From IMG/VR virus record IMGVR_UViG_3300050821_003315: 64,000 bases of DNA, one strand, 5' to 3'. The notes under the pieces are model-generated. The model did not search any database. It was not told the origin of the DNA and saw only the letters and a program-made list of their open reading frames with translations. A program made the position numbers and the translations under genes. The DNA is from a virus. Positions 20,781-29,746 of this stretch are shown piece by piece; within the stretch, counting starts at the first letter, position 1, and every line of letters starts with the position of its first letter.

Positions 20781-21006
20781 ACTCTGCCTCGTCAGTACCA
20801 TTCACCATGATGGCCAGGAACCACGACTTAACCATGTCGTAAGCTCGGTGCTCCGGAAAACCAGCATCCTGCAACTTGTGATAAAACGTGGCCAGGGCAA
20901 CGCACGTGGAGTCCTGAGGGTCCATCTCACCCATAATGCCCGCCATCAGGTTCTCGGCAATCTGGTTGACTTCCTCAGGGCTTAGCTCGTTGTCGTCATC
21001 TGCCAT
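20773..21006 (-). CDS. Hypothetical protein
   Basis: Acidic ORF overlapping both neighbours. Confidence 0.6.
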   Translation of the reverse strand: MADDDNELSPEEVNQIAENLMAGIMGEMDPQDSTCVALATFYHKLQDAGFPEHRAYDMVKSWFLAIMVNGTDEAEYE

Positions 21007-21881
21007 TTCAATGCCCAAGCTTCCTCTACGTGGTCAGGTACAGGGTAAGATTCACCCCAGGAAGCCATCTTACCATCAGGTAGCAATAGCGCTACATGGT
21101 CGCCGTTGTCGGTAGGAAACGAGATAAGCAGTGCTCCTTCAAGGGGTTCGCCTATTTCCAGCTGTGTATGAGTCTCAAGCTTAACGTTATCCCAAAGCTC
21201 GCCGGACGTAGCGGCTTCCAGAGTTTGCTCAACGTCTTCCCCGCCACCCGCAGCGTGAAGCATCCACACTTGTTCATCCGTTAGGCGCAATCCTGTACTA
21301 ATCCACAGGTGGTTAGCTATGGCGACCGCTATACAGCAGTCATACTTTTCGTCATTGCCTGCGGTAATCCACGGGCCTTCGGACTTCTTGACGCCCACGG
21401 CAGTCTTAGGGCTTGACGGCACTGCGGCTGCTGCGTTAGCTCCTGCCGCTATCTGAGCCGCAGACCTAGCTTTTGTGCGTGCATAGAACGCAGCACTCCC
21501 TGTCTGCCGCTGCATGCTCTTAGACAACCCCCCACGCTTTCCCTGAGCAGCACTGGCATTAATAGCCATAGAACGTACTGCGGCTTTATTAGCCGCTGCT
21601 CTTTCAGCGCTAGCAAATTGGGCAGCGCTTAGACGACCGCCTACTACTTGAGTTCCGGCATTACCTTGAACAGATGCAGGCTGAGGTGCTGTGCCTGGCG
21701 GAAAAGGAGCTACCTTACCGACTTGTTGCCCTAGCTGTTGCAAGAACTTACGATTGGCAGCCTGGTTGTAAGCTTTCATTTGGGACGTGCTGTAGGCAGG
21801 TAGCGCATTAGGCGCTTTTTGCGCAGCAGTCTTCTTAGGCGCAACGAAAGGAGTCTTGGATACTCCTGCTTTAGCTGCCAC
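20982..21881 (-). CDS. Hypothetical protein: basic low-complexity N-terminus plus possible papain-like C-terminal domain
   Basis: Ala/Lys/Gln-rich first ~165 aa, then GNDEKYDCCIAVAIAN...GDHVALL...ASWG. Confidence 0.55.
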   Translation of the reverse strand: MAAKAGVSKTPFVAPKKTAAQKAPNALPAYSTSQMKAYNQAANRKFLQQLGQQVGKVAPFPPGTAPQPASVQGNAGTQVVGGRLSAAQFASAERAAANKAAVRSMAINASAAQGKRGGLSKSMQRQTGSAAFYARTKARSAAQIAAGANAAAAVPSSPKTAVGVKKSEGPWITAGNDEKYDCCIAVAIANHLWISTGLRLTDEQVWMLHAAGGGEDVEQTLEAATSGELWDNVKLETHTQLEIGEPLEGALLISFPTDNGDHVALLLPDGKMASWGESYPVPDHVEEAWALKWQMTTTS

Positions 21882-22135
21882 TAGTCCTCCAAGTGCACGG
21901 TTTCGGGTCCCGAACTGGCAAAGCCGAACGGCATACGAGCTGGTAGCTCATTAACTCCTGCGTGCTCAAAGGGAGGGTAGGCCCGTTCTGCACTAGCGTG
22001 AGGCACTGAATGCGGGTCATGAGCCAAATGCTCTACCTCTTCGCCTTCCTCAAGCTCAACCTCCTCGTCTTCTACCTTTCGGTACGCGGAAGCCATCTCA
22101 AAACGCCGACCAAACATCTCAAGGACGATATGCAT
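21881..22135 (-). CDS. Hypothetical acidic protein
   Basis: ORF coupled to the downstream gene. Confidence 0.55.
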   Translation of the reverse strand: MHIVLEMFGRRFEMASAYRKVEDEEVELEEGEEVEHLAHDPHSVPHASAERAYPPFEHAGVNELPARMPFGFASSGPETVHLED

Positions 22136-22144
22136 GGCCTAATC

Positions 22145-23149
22145 CTACATCCCAACCTTGCGATTACTTCGGATATACGGTCGCAAAAGTTCCACAATCC
22201 AAGAGTTAGAACCAGCCTTGGCTATGCCCAGGTCAGAGACGCCTAGGACACCAAAGGTGGCATCCTTTAGCTTGAAGTATTCAGCCGATAGCATAAGGCA
22301 CGCCTGAGAAATAGCTGGCGGAATGACCGGCCATCCCCACACGCCTGTTACTTTAACTCGGTCCAGATGCGTGAAAGGCCAAATGAACGGGAAGAACTGA
22401 CCGCCGGCGGGAGCACCCTGACTTCCAATCAACACCTGCACCTGGCGATAAGGACGTGGTACACCGAGATAGTTTGAGTTGTACAACTCAAAGCCACGAC
22501 GTAGCTGGTAGTTAACGTTCTGTGTCCAAGAAGTCTCAAACACTCCATCGCCATCGTAGTCTAGCGCAAGAGCACTGACACTTACTATGGGGTCAATGTC
22601 TAGCAACCAGATATCACTAGGTGCGAATGTGCGACTTTCCGTAATCTGGTAGAAGTGCTGAGCGCAGTACTCGTTAATCCAGTTTGTCGCTGCTTGGATA
22701 GCTGTGGTCATCTCATAGTCGCTAGCAGTATCAGTTATGCTGAGGCGCGACTTTAGCTCGTCTAGGCCACAATACCACTGGACCTGAGAAGTACCTGATT
22801 CACTGCTGTAAGGCAGGATTCGGAAGGTATCTGCTTGTACTGTCGTGCCGCCTGGGCCTCCTGTACTTCCCACACCAATCCACATGGCGGACCAAAGGCC
22901 CGTAGGCACAGGATTAGGTGAGTACAGCACTGAGGCTTGCAAGTTGAACTGGTACTGGCCTGTGGCCACTTTACTAATGATGTTGCGGCCTGAGCCACCT
23001 GTGTACGTGTAGCTGGTTTGCAGTCCTTGAGGGTCTGTCGTAACGAGCTGAATAGTTCCAGGGTCTACAGGACTACCACTAGGGTCAGTAAAAGTTATGG
23101 TGATAGGCACCACTGACCCGGACAGGTCATAGTAAACCGCACTTGTCAC
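22145..23149 (-). CDS. Head-to-tail adaptor (gp6/gp15-like) with N-terminal beta-rich extension
   Basis: YCGLDELKSRL...AATNWINEYC...VTGVWGWPVIPPAISQACL...LLRPY adaptor signature. Confidence 0.85.
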   Translation of the reverse strand: MTSAVYYDLSGSVVPITITFTDPSGSPVDPGTIQLVTTDPQGLQTSYTYTGGSGRNIISKVATGQYQFNLQASVLYSPNPVPTGLWSAMWIGVGSTGGPGGTTVQADTFRILPYSSESGTSQVQWYCGLDELKSRLSITDTASDYEMTTAIQAATNWINEYCAQHFYQITESRTFAPSDIWLLDIDPIVSVSALALDYDGDGVFETSWTQNVNYQLRRGFELYNSNYLGVPRPYRQVQVLIGSQGAPAGGQFFPFIWPFTHLDRVKVTGVWGWPVIPPAISQACLMLSAEYFKLKDATFGVLGVSDLGIAKAGSNSWIVELLRPYIRSNRKVGM

Positions 23150-23188
23150 GATGCCTCCTCGTAGCTTTTCTCCTACTCAGAATACACC

Positions 23189-23225
23189 AAAAGCCCTCGG
23201 CCCAGGAGAATCCTGAGCGGAGGGC
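23189..23225 (-). terminator. Intrinsic terminator
   Basis: Minus strand GCCCTC CG CTCAGGA TTC TCCTGGG CC GAGGGC TTTT. Confidence 0.6.
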
Positions 23226-23323
23226 CTATGGCGAGATTTAAAGACCACCTCCTAGGGCGCAGTGATTACTTTTCACAGCTACCACCTCCTCGCCTAGGAG
23301 CTTTCCTTGATGACTTCAGCTTA

Positions 23324-23515
23324 TCAGTGCACTCGCCACATCATTACACATCGGCGCAAAATTGCATCTGTTACGTATAGTCCTAGCGGATGCTGCGTTC
23401 TGCCAAGAGCTTCAGAGACTTGACGCCTGAAATCCGGGAAGCTTTCGTGCTCAATGATATCCAGCCAGCAACGTAGCTCTTCCTGAGACAGCGGCACCCG
23501 CTCTGAAGGACTCAT
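23324..23515 (-). CDS. Hypothetical protein
   Basis: ORF in tandem with neighbours. Confidence 0.45.
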   Translation of the reverse strand: MSPSERVPLSQEELRCWLDIIEHESFPDFRRQVSEALGRTQHPLGLYVTDAILRRCVMMWRVH

Positions 23516-23517
23516 GC

Positions 23518-24054
23518 TTAGCCTACTTTCGCCAGCTCAAGGTCACGCTTCCACAACGACCCTGGAGTCACAAAGCCCGTCCAGCGCTTGTCTGTGAACA
23601 CCTCCACGCCCAGCTTAAGGTAGAAGTCATCAGCAATTTGAGAGCAAATCATATGCCCTGTGTCTGCGATGAAGTGCTCCAAGCCCGGAATCGGCAGGTG
23701 CAACCTGTGAGCAACAAGCGCGTCATAGTCCAGAAAGGAGTACTTAATGCCCTTGTACGTAGCTCCCAGTTTTACGACTGTATCAGTCCAGCCAGGAGTT
23801 GCTGGCTTGCTTCCCAGTAGGTCATAAATGTGCTCACACCAGTAGACGCTGGCGGGCCTGTAGTGCAGTGGCACAATCCTGGCACCGCCTGGTTCAGCTT
23901 CTAGTATCTGACCATTACCTAGGGACACAAAGGCATGCTCAAATAGGCTGAAGCCGTCTCCGTTAAGAAACTGGCCTAGGCGTATGCCTGCACCAACACT
24001 TCCAGAGATTTGCGTCAACCCGATGAGTCCGGGAGCCGGGAAAATGTCGTTCAT
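23518..24054 (-). CDS. Permuted papain-like (YiiX/YaeF, NlpC/P60 superfamily) enzyme
   Basis: His before Cys: FEHAFV...ILEAEPGG...YSFLDY...HMICSQIAD. Confidence 0.75.
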   Translation of the reverse strand: MNDIFPAPGLIGLTQISGSVGAGIRLGQFLNGDGFSLFEHAFVSLGNGQILEAEPGGARIVPLHYRPASVYWCEHIYDLLGSKPATPGWTDTVVKLGATYKGIKYSFLDYDALVAHRLHLPIPGLEHFIADTGHMICSQIADDFYLKLGVEVFTDKRWTGFVTPGSLWKRDLELAKVG

Positions 24055-24079
24055 GCACTCATTGTAAGCGCTTAATCAG

Positions 24080-24610
24080 CTAGTGGATAATCACGCCTGT
24101 GATAATGCTAGCCATAGCTACCAGGAAGGAGATAATTGTCGCTATGAGTAGAAGATTCTCCCGCCTAGTACGGCCTGTTACAGCGTTTGCGACATTACCG
24201 CCTTGAGTTACGTCCAGGCGGCTGCTAAGCCGGAGTTCGAGGTCAGCTATGTGCTTAGAAGTCTCTTCTACTTTCTGCACAAGATATTTTTGCGCTTCAT
24301 CGTACTCACCACGAGGCAAGAAAGTTCGTGCTTGGTCACTAAGCTGACCACGGAACTCATTAACAGACTCAAATCGCTTTTCCGCTGCTGTTTCTGCCTT
24401 GGTAGTGGCTTGTTTTGATGCCTCAAGAGCAGCACTAACTGCTTTTTCGGCAGCCTCAAAGGCAGTACTCATAGCCTCTTGATTAGATGCCTGACGTTCA
24501 TCCAGCAAACGCATCATGTCAGCACGGGCTTGAGCATTAAACCTGTCAGCAGCGTCTATCTTTTCGGCAAGTCGGGCAAGCTCTATTGCGCAGTTATAGT
24601 TATCGCACAC
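24080..24610 (-). CDS. Coiled-coil protein with C-terminal transmembrane helix
   Basis: AEKRFESVNEFRGQLSDQ coiled coil; LLLIATIISFLVAMASIITGVII TM segment. Confidence 0.75.
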   Translation of the reverse strand: MCDNYNCAIELARLAEKIDAADRFNAQARADMMRLLDERQASNQEAMSTAFEAAEKAVSAALEASKQATTKAETAAEKRFESVNEFRGQLSDQARTFLPRGEYDEAQKYLVQKVEETSKHIADLELRLSSRLDVTQGGNVANAVTGRTRRENLLLIATIISFLVAMASIITGVIIH

Positions 24611-24634
24611 ACGTCTAGAGTACGCGAAATAGCT

Positions 24635-25159
24635 TTACTTAACAGTGTACAAAACAGATGACCCTACAGTACGTAGTCCTTCAGGGAACAGCGCATCTAG
24701 AGCCGGCTTAACATCAGGACAGCAGCAGTATTCGTGGTAATCGTGGAACATGATAGTTCCACCCGGCTTCAGCAACGGTAGTGAATTGCGAGCGTCTGCG
24801 GTAACTCCGTCAAAAGCATGCTCACCGTCAATGAATATGAAATCGAACTTGTCAGTAAGCTGCGGTAGCATAACGGTAGAGTCACCCTCCACCACGGTAA
24901 CCTTATCCCTTATACCTTGCTCAATCACATTATTATCCCACTGAGGGTAGCTGCATATGGGCGGGAATAGGTCTACTGATGTTACGTGAGCGGCTGTGCT
25001 AGCAAGAACTGAAGTAGAGAAACCGTAAGCTACTCCTACTTCCATAACGTTCTTGCCCGTAGCTTGCGTACGGAGTTCTTCCGCTTCTTCGTCCAGCAGG
25101 GACGTAAAAATTCCACGATTACCAGGAATCGGGCTGATGTCACGCCATGGCAGGTGCAT
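24635..25159 (-). CDS. Class I SAM-dependent O-methyltransferase (Methyltransf_24-like)
   Basis: VMEVGVAYGFS; FDFIFIDGEH; LKPGGTIMFHDY. Confidence 0.9.
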   Translation of the reverse strand: MHLPWRDISPIPGNRGIFTSLLDEEAEELRTQATGKNVMEVGVAYGFSTSVLASTAAHVTSVDLFPPICSYPQWDNNVIEQGIRDKVTVVEGDSTVMLPQLTDKFDFIFIDGEHAFDGVTADARNSLPLLKPGGTIMFHDYHEYCCCPDVKPALDALFPEGLRTVGSSVLYTVK

Positions 25160-25160
25160 T

Positions 25161-25883
25161 TTAGATATCTCCAGCTAGTTTGGCCCAGTAACGTTCGCCT
25201 GACAAGTGTTCTGCCCAGAACCTTCGCCAGTCGGTAGTGCGTAGACAGTTCCCTCCAGAGTTAGCGACCGCATAACCGGTAGCTGCTTCTATTGGTGAAT
25301 TGCCGCTATTTAGGAGAGGAAAACTTACGCGCTGAAACAGGTCAGTAGTGCAGAAGAATGCTCCTCCGTACTTAAGAGTAGCATTGTAGTACTCACCAGG
25401 CATATCTTCTTGATAGTTGTCCCACCAAGGTGCGCCGCTGCCTATCGCGTAAGCTATGCCGTTAACTATAACATTAGGTCCACTAGTGCTGCCCCCACCA
25501 CTTGCCGATATCTTGTCTAGTCGATGCGGCACTAGATAATTACTGCCCCGTACAACGCTTAGAACACCTGAGTCGTAGTTAAGTAGCTGGTCAGCTTCGG
25601 TGACGTAAACGTGCGTGTATTCCGTGTCCAACCCCAGTTTTTGTGCTTCGGTATTTACTAGGGCCGGGATGTGCCAAGGGTTTTCGTAGTGCACGCGGAT
25701 TATACTGACACTCAGAGCTTCTACGTCCGCTGCGTCTTCTTCACGACCTACTCCCACGTACAGTTCGTCAACAAAGTCCAGAGCATTTTCTACTGTACGA
25801 CGCAAGTACTCAATGCGTTCAGGGGAATTTGTACACTCGGGGCTAGAACCTGCGTAGTAAGGGATTATCCCTACAACTTTCAC
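25161..25883 (-). CDS. Putative GT-A fold glycosyltransferase
   Basis: N-terminal GIIPYY...YLRRTV, VYVTEADQ (DxD-like) and late EHLSG; located in the glyco cluster. Confidence 0.55.
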   Translation of the reverse strand: MKVVGIIPYYAGSSPECTNSPERIEYLRRTVENALDFVDELYVGVGREEDAADVEALSVSIIRVHYENPWHIPALVNTEAQKLGLDTEYTHVYVTEADQLLNYDSGVLSVVRGSNYLVPHRLDKISASGGGSTSGPNVIVNGIAYAIGSGAPWWDNYQEDMPGEYYNATLKYGGAFFCTTDLFQRVSFPLLNSGNSPIEAATGYAVANSGGNCLRTTDWRRFWAEHLSGERYWAKLAGDI

Positions 25884-26542
25884 TCAAGAATCCTCTGACG
25901 CGGACTGTCTGGGTTCGGAGCATCCCTGTACGCCTGGCAAGTAACGTGAGGGTAATGCTTCCAGGTAATACCGTGCGCCATCCAGCGCTGTGCAATATCC
26001 CAATCAATAGTGTCCTGTCCTTCATCTCGCCAATTTACTCGCTCCAGAATTGCTTTGCGGTGAGCTATAGCTGAAGTTGAGATGCCGGAGTATGTAGGTG
26101 GGTCTGTGCCTGAGATGTTAGGGTTGCCTGGGTCGTAAATCATAATTCGCGAATAGGAGAAGCCTGCTTGTGGGTCTTGCTTGAGCATAGCCATGAGAGC
26201 TGACAGGTGATTAGGCAAGTACTCATCGTCGTCGTCCAAGTACGCTACGAAATCTCCTTTAGCTCGCCGTATTCCTTCTAGTCTTGCAAAGTGACCCCAA
26301 CGTGAATTGTCATGATGAGCCGGAAGTTCTGCGTACTCCAACTCGTAGTCTGAATACAGGAAAGCTTTACTGCTTGCCTTGAATAGGCTTCGCAATTCGG
26401 GGTTAGGACCGTCCGCTACGACAACATGCTGAATAGGGCGGTACTCCTGCAAAGCTACGGACAATACTGCCCGTAGCACAGATGCGTCTCTATGCCAGGT
26501 AGGCGTAACTACCGTGATGAGGTCAGCCATTCCTGGTACCAC
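25880..26542 (-). CDS. Family 2 glycosyltransferase
   Basis: ITVVTPTW; VVVADG; AKGDFVAYLDDDDEYLPNHL. Confidence 0.93.
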   Translation of the reverse strand: MVPGMADLITVVTPTWHRDASVLRAVLSVALQEYRPIQHVVVADGPNPELRSLFKASSKAFLYSDYELEYAELPAHHDNSRWGHFARLEGIRRAKGDFVAYLDDDDEYLPNHLSALMAMLKQDPQAGFSYSRIMIYDPGNPNISGTDPPTYSGISTSAIAHRKAILERVNWRDEGQDTIDWDIAQRWMAHGITWKHYPHVTCQAYRDAPNPDSPRQRILE

Positions 26543-27354
26543 TCAATAGTTTCCGTCGCCTTATACGGCCATAGGTTGTTGCACACAGGCTTAGTGGCTA
26601 CTACTACAGCATCCCTCGGCTCCCCACTGCGTCCCGCCACCGTGGTGATAGTTGATGAGGATGTAGGAATCTTCGACAGAATGTCTTGCGCGACCTGGTC
26701 TACGGAAATAGGCACTCCGTTACCTGCTTCTACCACAGTGCCGTAAGGTCCCGCCAGAGCATCTACAAGCGCTACGGCCACGTCATCCACGTAAACGGTA
26801 TCAATTAGCTGCTCACCGGTCCCGCACAGCTCCAGCGGCATGTTAGTTAGTGCCCGCGTCGCGAAGGTGGGGAAGAACTTGTGAACGCTGGCAGTGCCGT
26901 GTGGCGGCCCTACCGGCTGACCTGGCCCATACACGTGATACGCACGCAGGATAGTTACTTCGTGACCAAGCCACTGTGCTCGGGCAAGACCTAGGTCTTC
27001 CGCGCAAGCCTTGGTTAGCGCGTATGGATTAGGCTGGCCTTTATGCCCGGTCCCTACCTGAACTACCGGAATGCCGACTTCAGAAGCGACATCATAAACG
27101 TTGATGGCACCGATGATGTTAACTTCCGCCGCCTTGGCTTCATGGCCGAATAGTTCAGGGGTGCCTAGCATACCAGCCAGGTTGATGATGCCTTGAACGT
27201 CGGTCAATCGCACGATTTCCCGTAGAGCACTGACATCACGGATGTCAGATGAAGGAAGGTCATACGGGATTGCGGTCATGCCGCGCGCAGCTAGCTCATT
27301 GCAAGTAGGCTTCCCGATAAAGCCACTGCTGCCAGTAACGAGAATGTTAGTCAC
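26509..27354 (-). CDS. NAD-dependent nucleotide-sugar epimerase/dehydratase/reductase (extended SDR)
   Basis: ILVTGSSGFIG; PYALTK (YxxxK); VYGPGQ. Confidence 0.92.
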   Translation of the reverse strand: MTNILVTGSSGFIGKPTCNELAARGMTAIPYDLPSSDIRDVSALREIVRLTDVQGIINLAGMLGTPELFGHEAKAAEVNIIGAINVYDVASEVGIPVVQVGTGHKGQPNPYALTKACAEDLGLARAQWLGHEVTILRAYHVYGPGQPVGPPHGTASVHKFFPTFATRALTNMPLELCGTGEQLIDTVYVDDVAVALVDALAGPYGTVVEAGNGVPISVDQVAQDILSKIPTSSSTITTVAGRSGEPRDAVVVATKPVCNNLWPYKATETIEWYQEWLTSSR

Positions 27355-27378
27355 GACTGAAATTCTACCTTATCCACG

Positions 27379-27945
27379 TTAGGGCTTAATCCATGCGCCG
27401 CGCCTGATTTCCCAGTCATCAATGACTATGGGCCAGTTACCCGGTGGGTGAAGTTCCCAGGCACCGCCTGCTAGGATTGCTCCTGACTTCATGTTCTTGT
27501 GAATCATCTCTTCGAGCGCACGCTCTGACGGGATGTCACGGAACGGTCGGTACAGCCAGATGATGTCGTAGTCCTGATACAGGCCAGGAACTTCTAGCGC
27601 GTCTTGAACTAGGATGTCACCTGTCTTCCACTTGCGCGCTTCAGCCGCCATGTCCGCGTCAACTTCAACGCCGTCTGCATCAAGGCCGAACACCTCACTA
27701 GCCAGTGCTACTTTAGTGCCGATGCCACAACCTACGTCAAGAAATGTGAAGCCCTCGGTATAGGTGATGCATTCTGCCAGCATTGCAATGAAGTTAGATG
27801 GCTGGAAGGGCATCCACGGCAGGTACTTGTCGTCGTGACGGTTACCGTGAGTTAGCCACTCAGGCTCCATCTCTTCTACCTGCTGCATGAGACGCCTAAT
27901 ACGCCATGGTCGTGACTCTTCTAGGTCACCGTTTACCAGCCGCAT
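27379..27945 (-). CDS. Class I SAM-dependent methyltransferase
   Basis: FLDVGCGIG; GVEVD; IIWLYRPF. Confidence 0.88.
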   Translation of the reverse strand: MRLVNGDLEESRPWRIRRLMQQVEEMEPEWLTHGNRHDDKYLPWMPFQPSNFIAMLAECITYTEGFTFLDVGCGIGTKVALASEVFGLDADGVEVDADMAAEARKWKTGDILVQDALEVPGLYQDYDIIWLYRPFRDIPSERALEEMIHKNMKSGAILAGGAWELHPPGNWPIVIDDWEIRRGAWIKP

Positions 27946-28088
27946 TAGGCACCCAGCTCATCGTCAGGAATATCGCTGTAGGGCAGCGTTGACTGAAGGG
28001 CCTCTTCTACGCCAGTGAAGTCTTCTTCCGACTCTCCACCTCGGATTTCAGGCTTGGGCTTTACCTTGTTATCAGGATTCTCACACAT
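27945..28088 (-). CDS. 47-aa acidic hypothetical protein (below cutoff)
   Basis: MCENPDNKVKPK...DDELGA; TAATG coupling; TAGGCT -10 box 7 nt upstream. Confidence 0.5.
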   Translation of the reverse strand: MCENPDNKVKPKPEIRGGESEEDFTGVEEALQSTLPYSDIPDDELGA

Positions 28089-28112
28089 GTTTGCGAGCCT
28101 ACCGGGACACCG

Positions 28113-29156
28113 CTAATCAAGCAATAGCCATTCAGGATTATTTACCGTCCAGCTAATGGTGCGCTTCAGGCTCTCTTCGAAAGGCACAGGCGGTTCCCAG
28201 CCTAGTTTTTGTAGCTTTGAAGCGTCTAGGCCGTAATGCGCATCATGTCCCGGTCTAATTGTGTGGGCGTCCACTAGCCTGTACTTCAGTTCGTACCCCG
28301 CATAATCAGCTATCAGTGAAGCCATCTTAAGGTTGGAAAGCCGAGTTTCTGTCGCTACGTTATAGCGGTCTGGCCGACCGGAACGAACGTGCCCTAGGCT
28401 ACCTTGCGCCCAGTGCGGATACATGCCTAGCTTGTTACGCTCTAGCAAAAAGGTGATAGCGTGTGCCAGATTACGCGCATGCAGATAGTGCCTAGAGCCT
28501 GTAGGGTCTACGACAGGTTCATTAGTGGTGTGGATAGGTACCTCTTCACCCGCCATCAGGCTCTTAACGACAAATGGCACAAACTTTTCGGCGTCCTGTC
28601 GCTCACCAATCATGTTCATGCAGTTAAGGAGAATCAGCGGAACGCCGTACGTACGCCAGTAAGAGATGCAAATAGCTTCCTGCGCTGCCTTACTGGCCGA
28701 GTAAGGATTGGAGGGGATAGCGGGTGCCCACTCGGATACGCCTTTAACGCTACGACGCGTGACAGGTCCATACACCTCATCGGTGCTCACCCACACGACA
28801 GCCTTAGGCTTTATCTTTCGTGCCAGCTCCATAGTCTGTAGCGCTACGTTAACGTTGTTTTGGACAAACGGTACAGGGTCATCGATAGACCTGTCTACGT
28901 GGCTCTCTGAGGCGTACGCGATGATGTAGTCAATCTCAGGAAGAGCGTGCATCCAAGGGTAGTTCAGGTCATGAACTATTATTTTCGTGCGCCTGTAGTA
29001 ATCAATACGGTCTTCTAGTACTTGGGTGATACGACTTTCCAAGCCTTTGTGCTCGAAACTGTCTGTAGCGATTACTTCAGCATCCGTACTAGCTAGCACG
29101 TGCTCCAAGAAGTGGTGACCGGCGAAGCCTCCGGCACCTGTAACTAGGTATCTCAT
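28113..29156 (-). CDS. rmlB: dTDP-glucose 4,6-dehydratase
   Basis: LVTGAGGFAG; ASESHVDRSI; VSTDEVYG; PSNPYSASKAA; RPGHDAHY. Confidence 0.9.
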   Translation of the reverse strand: MRYLVTGAGGFAGHHFLEHVLASTDAEVIATDSFEHKGLESRITQVLEDRIDYYRRTKIIVHDLNYPWMHALPEIDYIIAYASESHVDRSIDDPVPFVQNNVNVALQTMELARKIKPKAVVWVSTDEVYGPVTRRSVKGVSEWAPAIPSNPYSASKAAQEAICISYWRTYGVPLILLNCMNMIGERQDAEKFVPFVVKSLMAGEEVPIHTTNEPVVDPTGSRHYLHARNLAHAITFLLERNKLGMYPHWAQGSLGHVRSGRPDRYNVATETRLSNLKMASLIADYAGYELKYRLVDAHTIRPGHDAHYGLDASKLQKLGWEPPVPFEESLKRTISWTVNNPEWLLLD

Positions 29157-29746
29157 TAGCCCTTCTTCCTCAAGCACGCCATGCCGTAAATGTAGCGCAA
29201 TTCAACTACACTATTCACGTCCCCTGCGGATATTTTCTTAGCCCCTTGGTCGGTAAGGTCTTTTTCAGGTTTGAGGTCAGTAATAAAGTCCTTAGCCAGG
29301 TCTACCATACTAGTACCTGCGTAACTAGGGAAGTGCGGATTGTCTACAAGCCCCACAGCCCAGTCTTCTAGTACGTACCAACCTCCGGGCCGCACTACAG
29401 GCCACAGTAGTCGGTACGTTTCCTTGGAGAGCATTCCGTAATGCGAGGCATCATCAATTACCAGGTCGTATCCGTCATTGGAGTAAAACAGCACTCTAGC
29501 GGCTAGAGCTGGGTCACACTGGTCCGTTATTAGAACAGGAATGTCTTGAGGCCACAGTGGCTTATGTGTAGCAGAAATTTCTACCCCACAGATAATGGCC
29601 TCAGGAAACCACTCTTTCCACATCCTCAAGGAATCGCCGCAGTACACTCCTACTTCTAGTATTCGCGGAGCAGGTGCAGCGGAAGCTAGCAGTTCTTTAT
29701 AAGTAGACGCGTAATTAAGTGTTTCTTTATCAGTCTTAACGCCCAT
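29156..29746 (-). CDS. Sugar O-methyltransferase-like (class I SAM)
   Basis: ILEVGVYCGDSLRMWKEWFP; DLVIDDASH; PGGWYVLEDW. Confidence 0.85.
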   Translation of the reverse strand: MGVKTDKETLNYASTYKELLASAAPAPRILEVGVYCGDSLRMWKEWFPEAIICGVEISATHKPLWPQDIPVLITDQCDPALAARVLFYSNDGYDLVIDDASHYGMLSKETYRLLWPVVRPGGWYVLEDWAVGLVDNPHFPSYAGTSMVDLAKDFITDLKPEKDLTDQGAKKISAGDVNSVVELRYIYGMACLRKKG

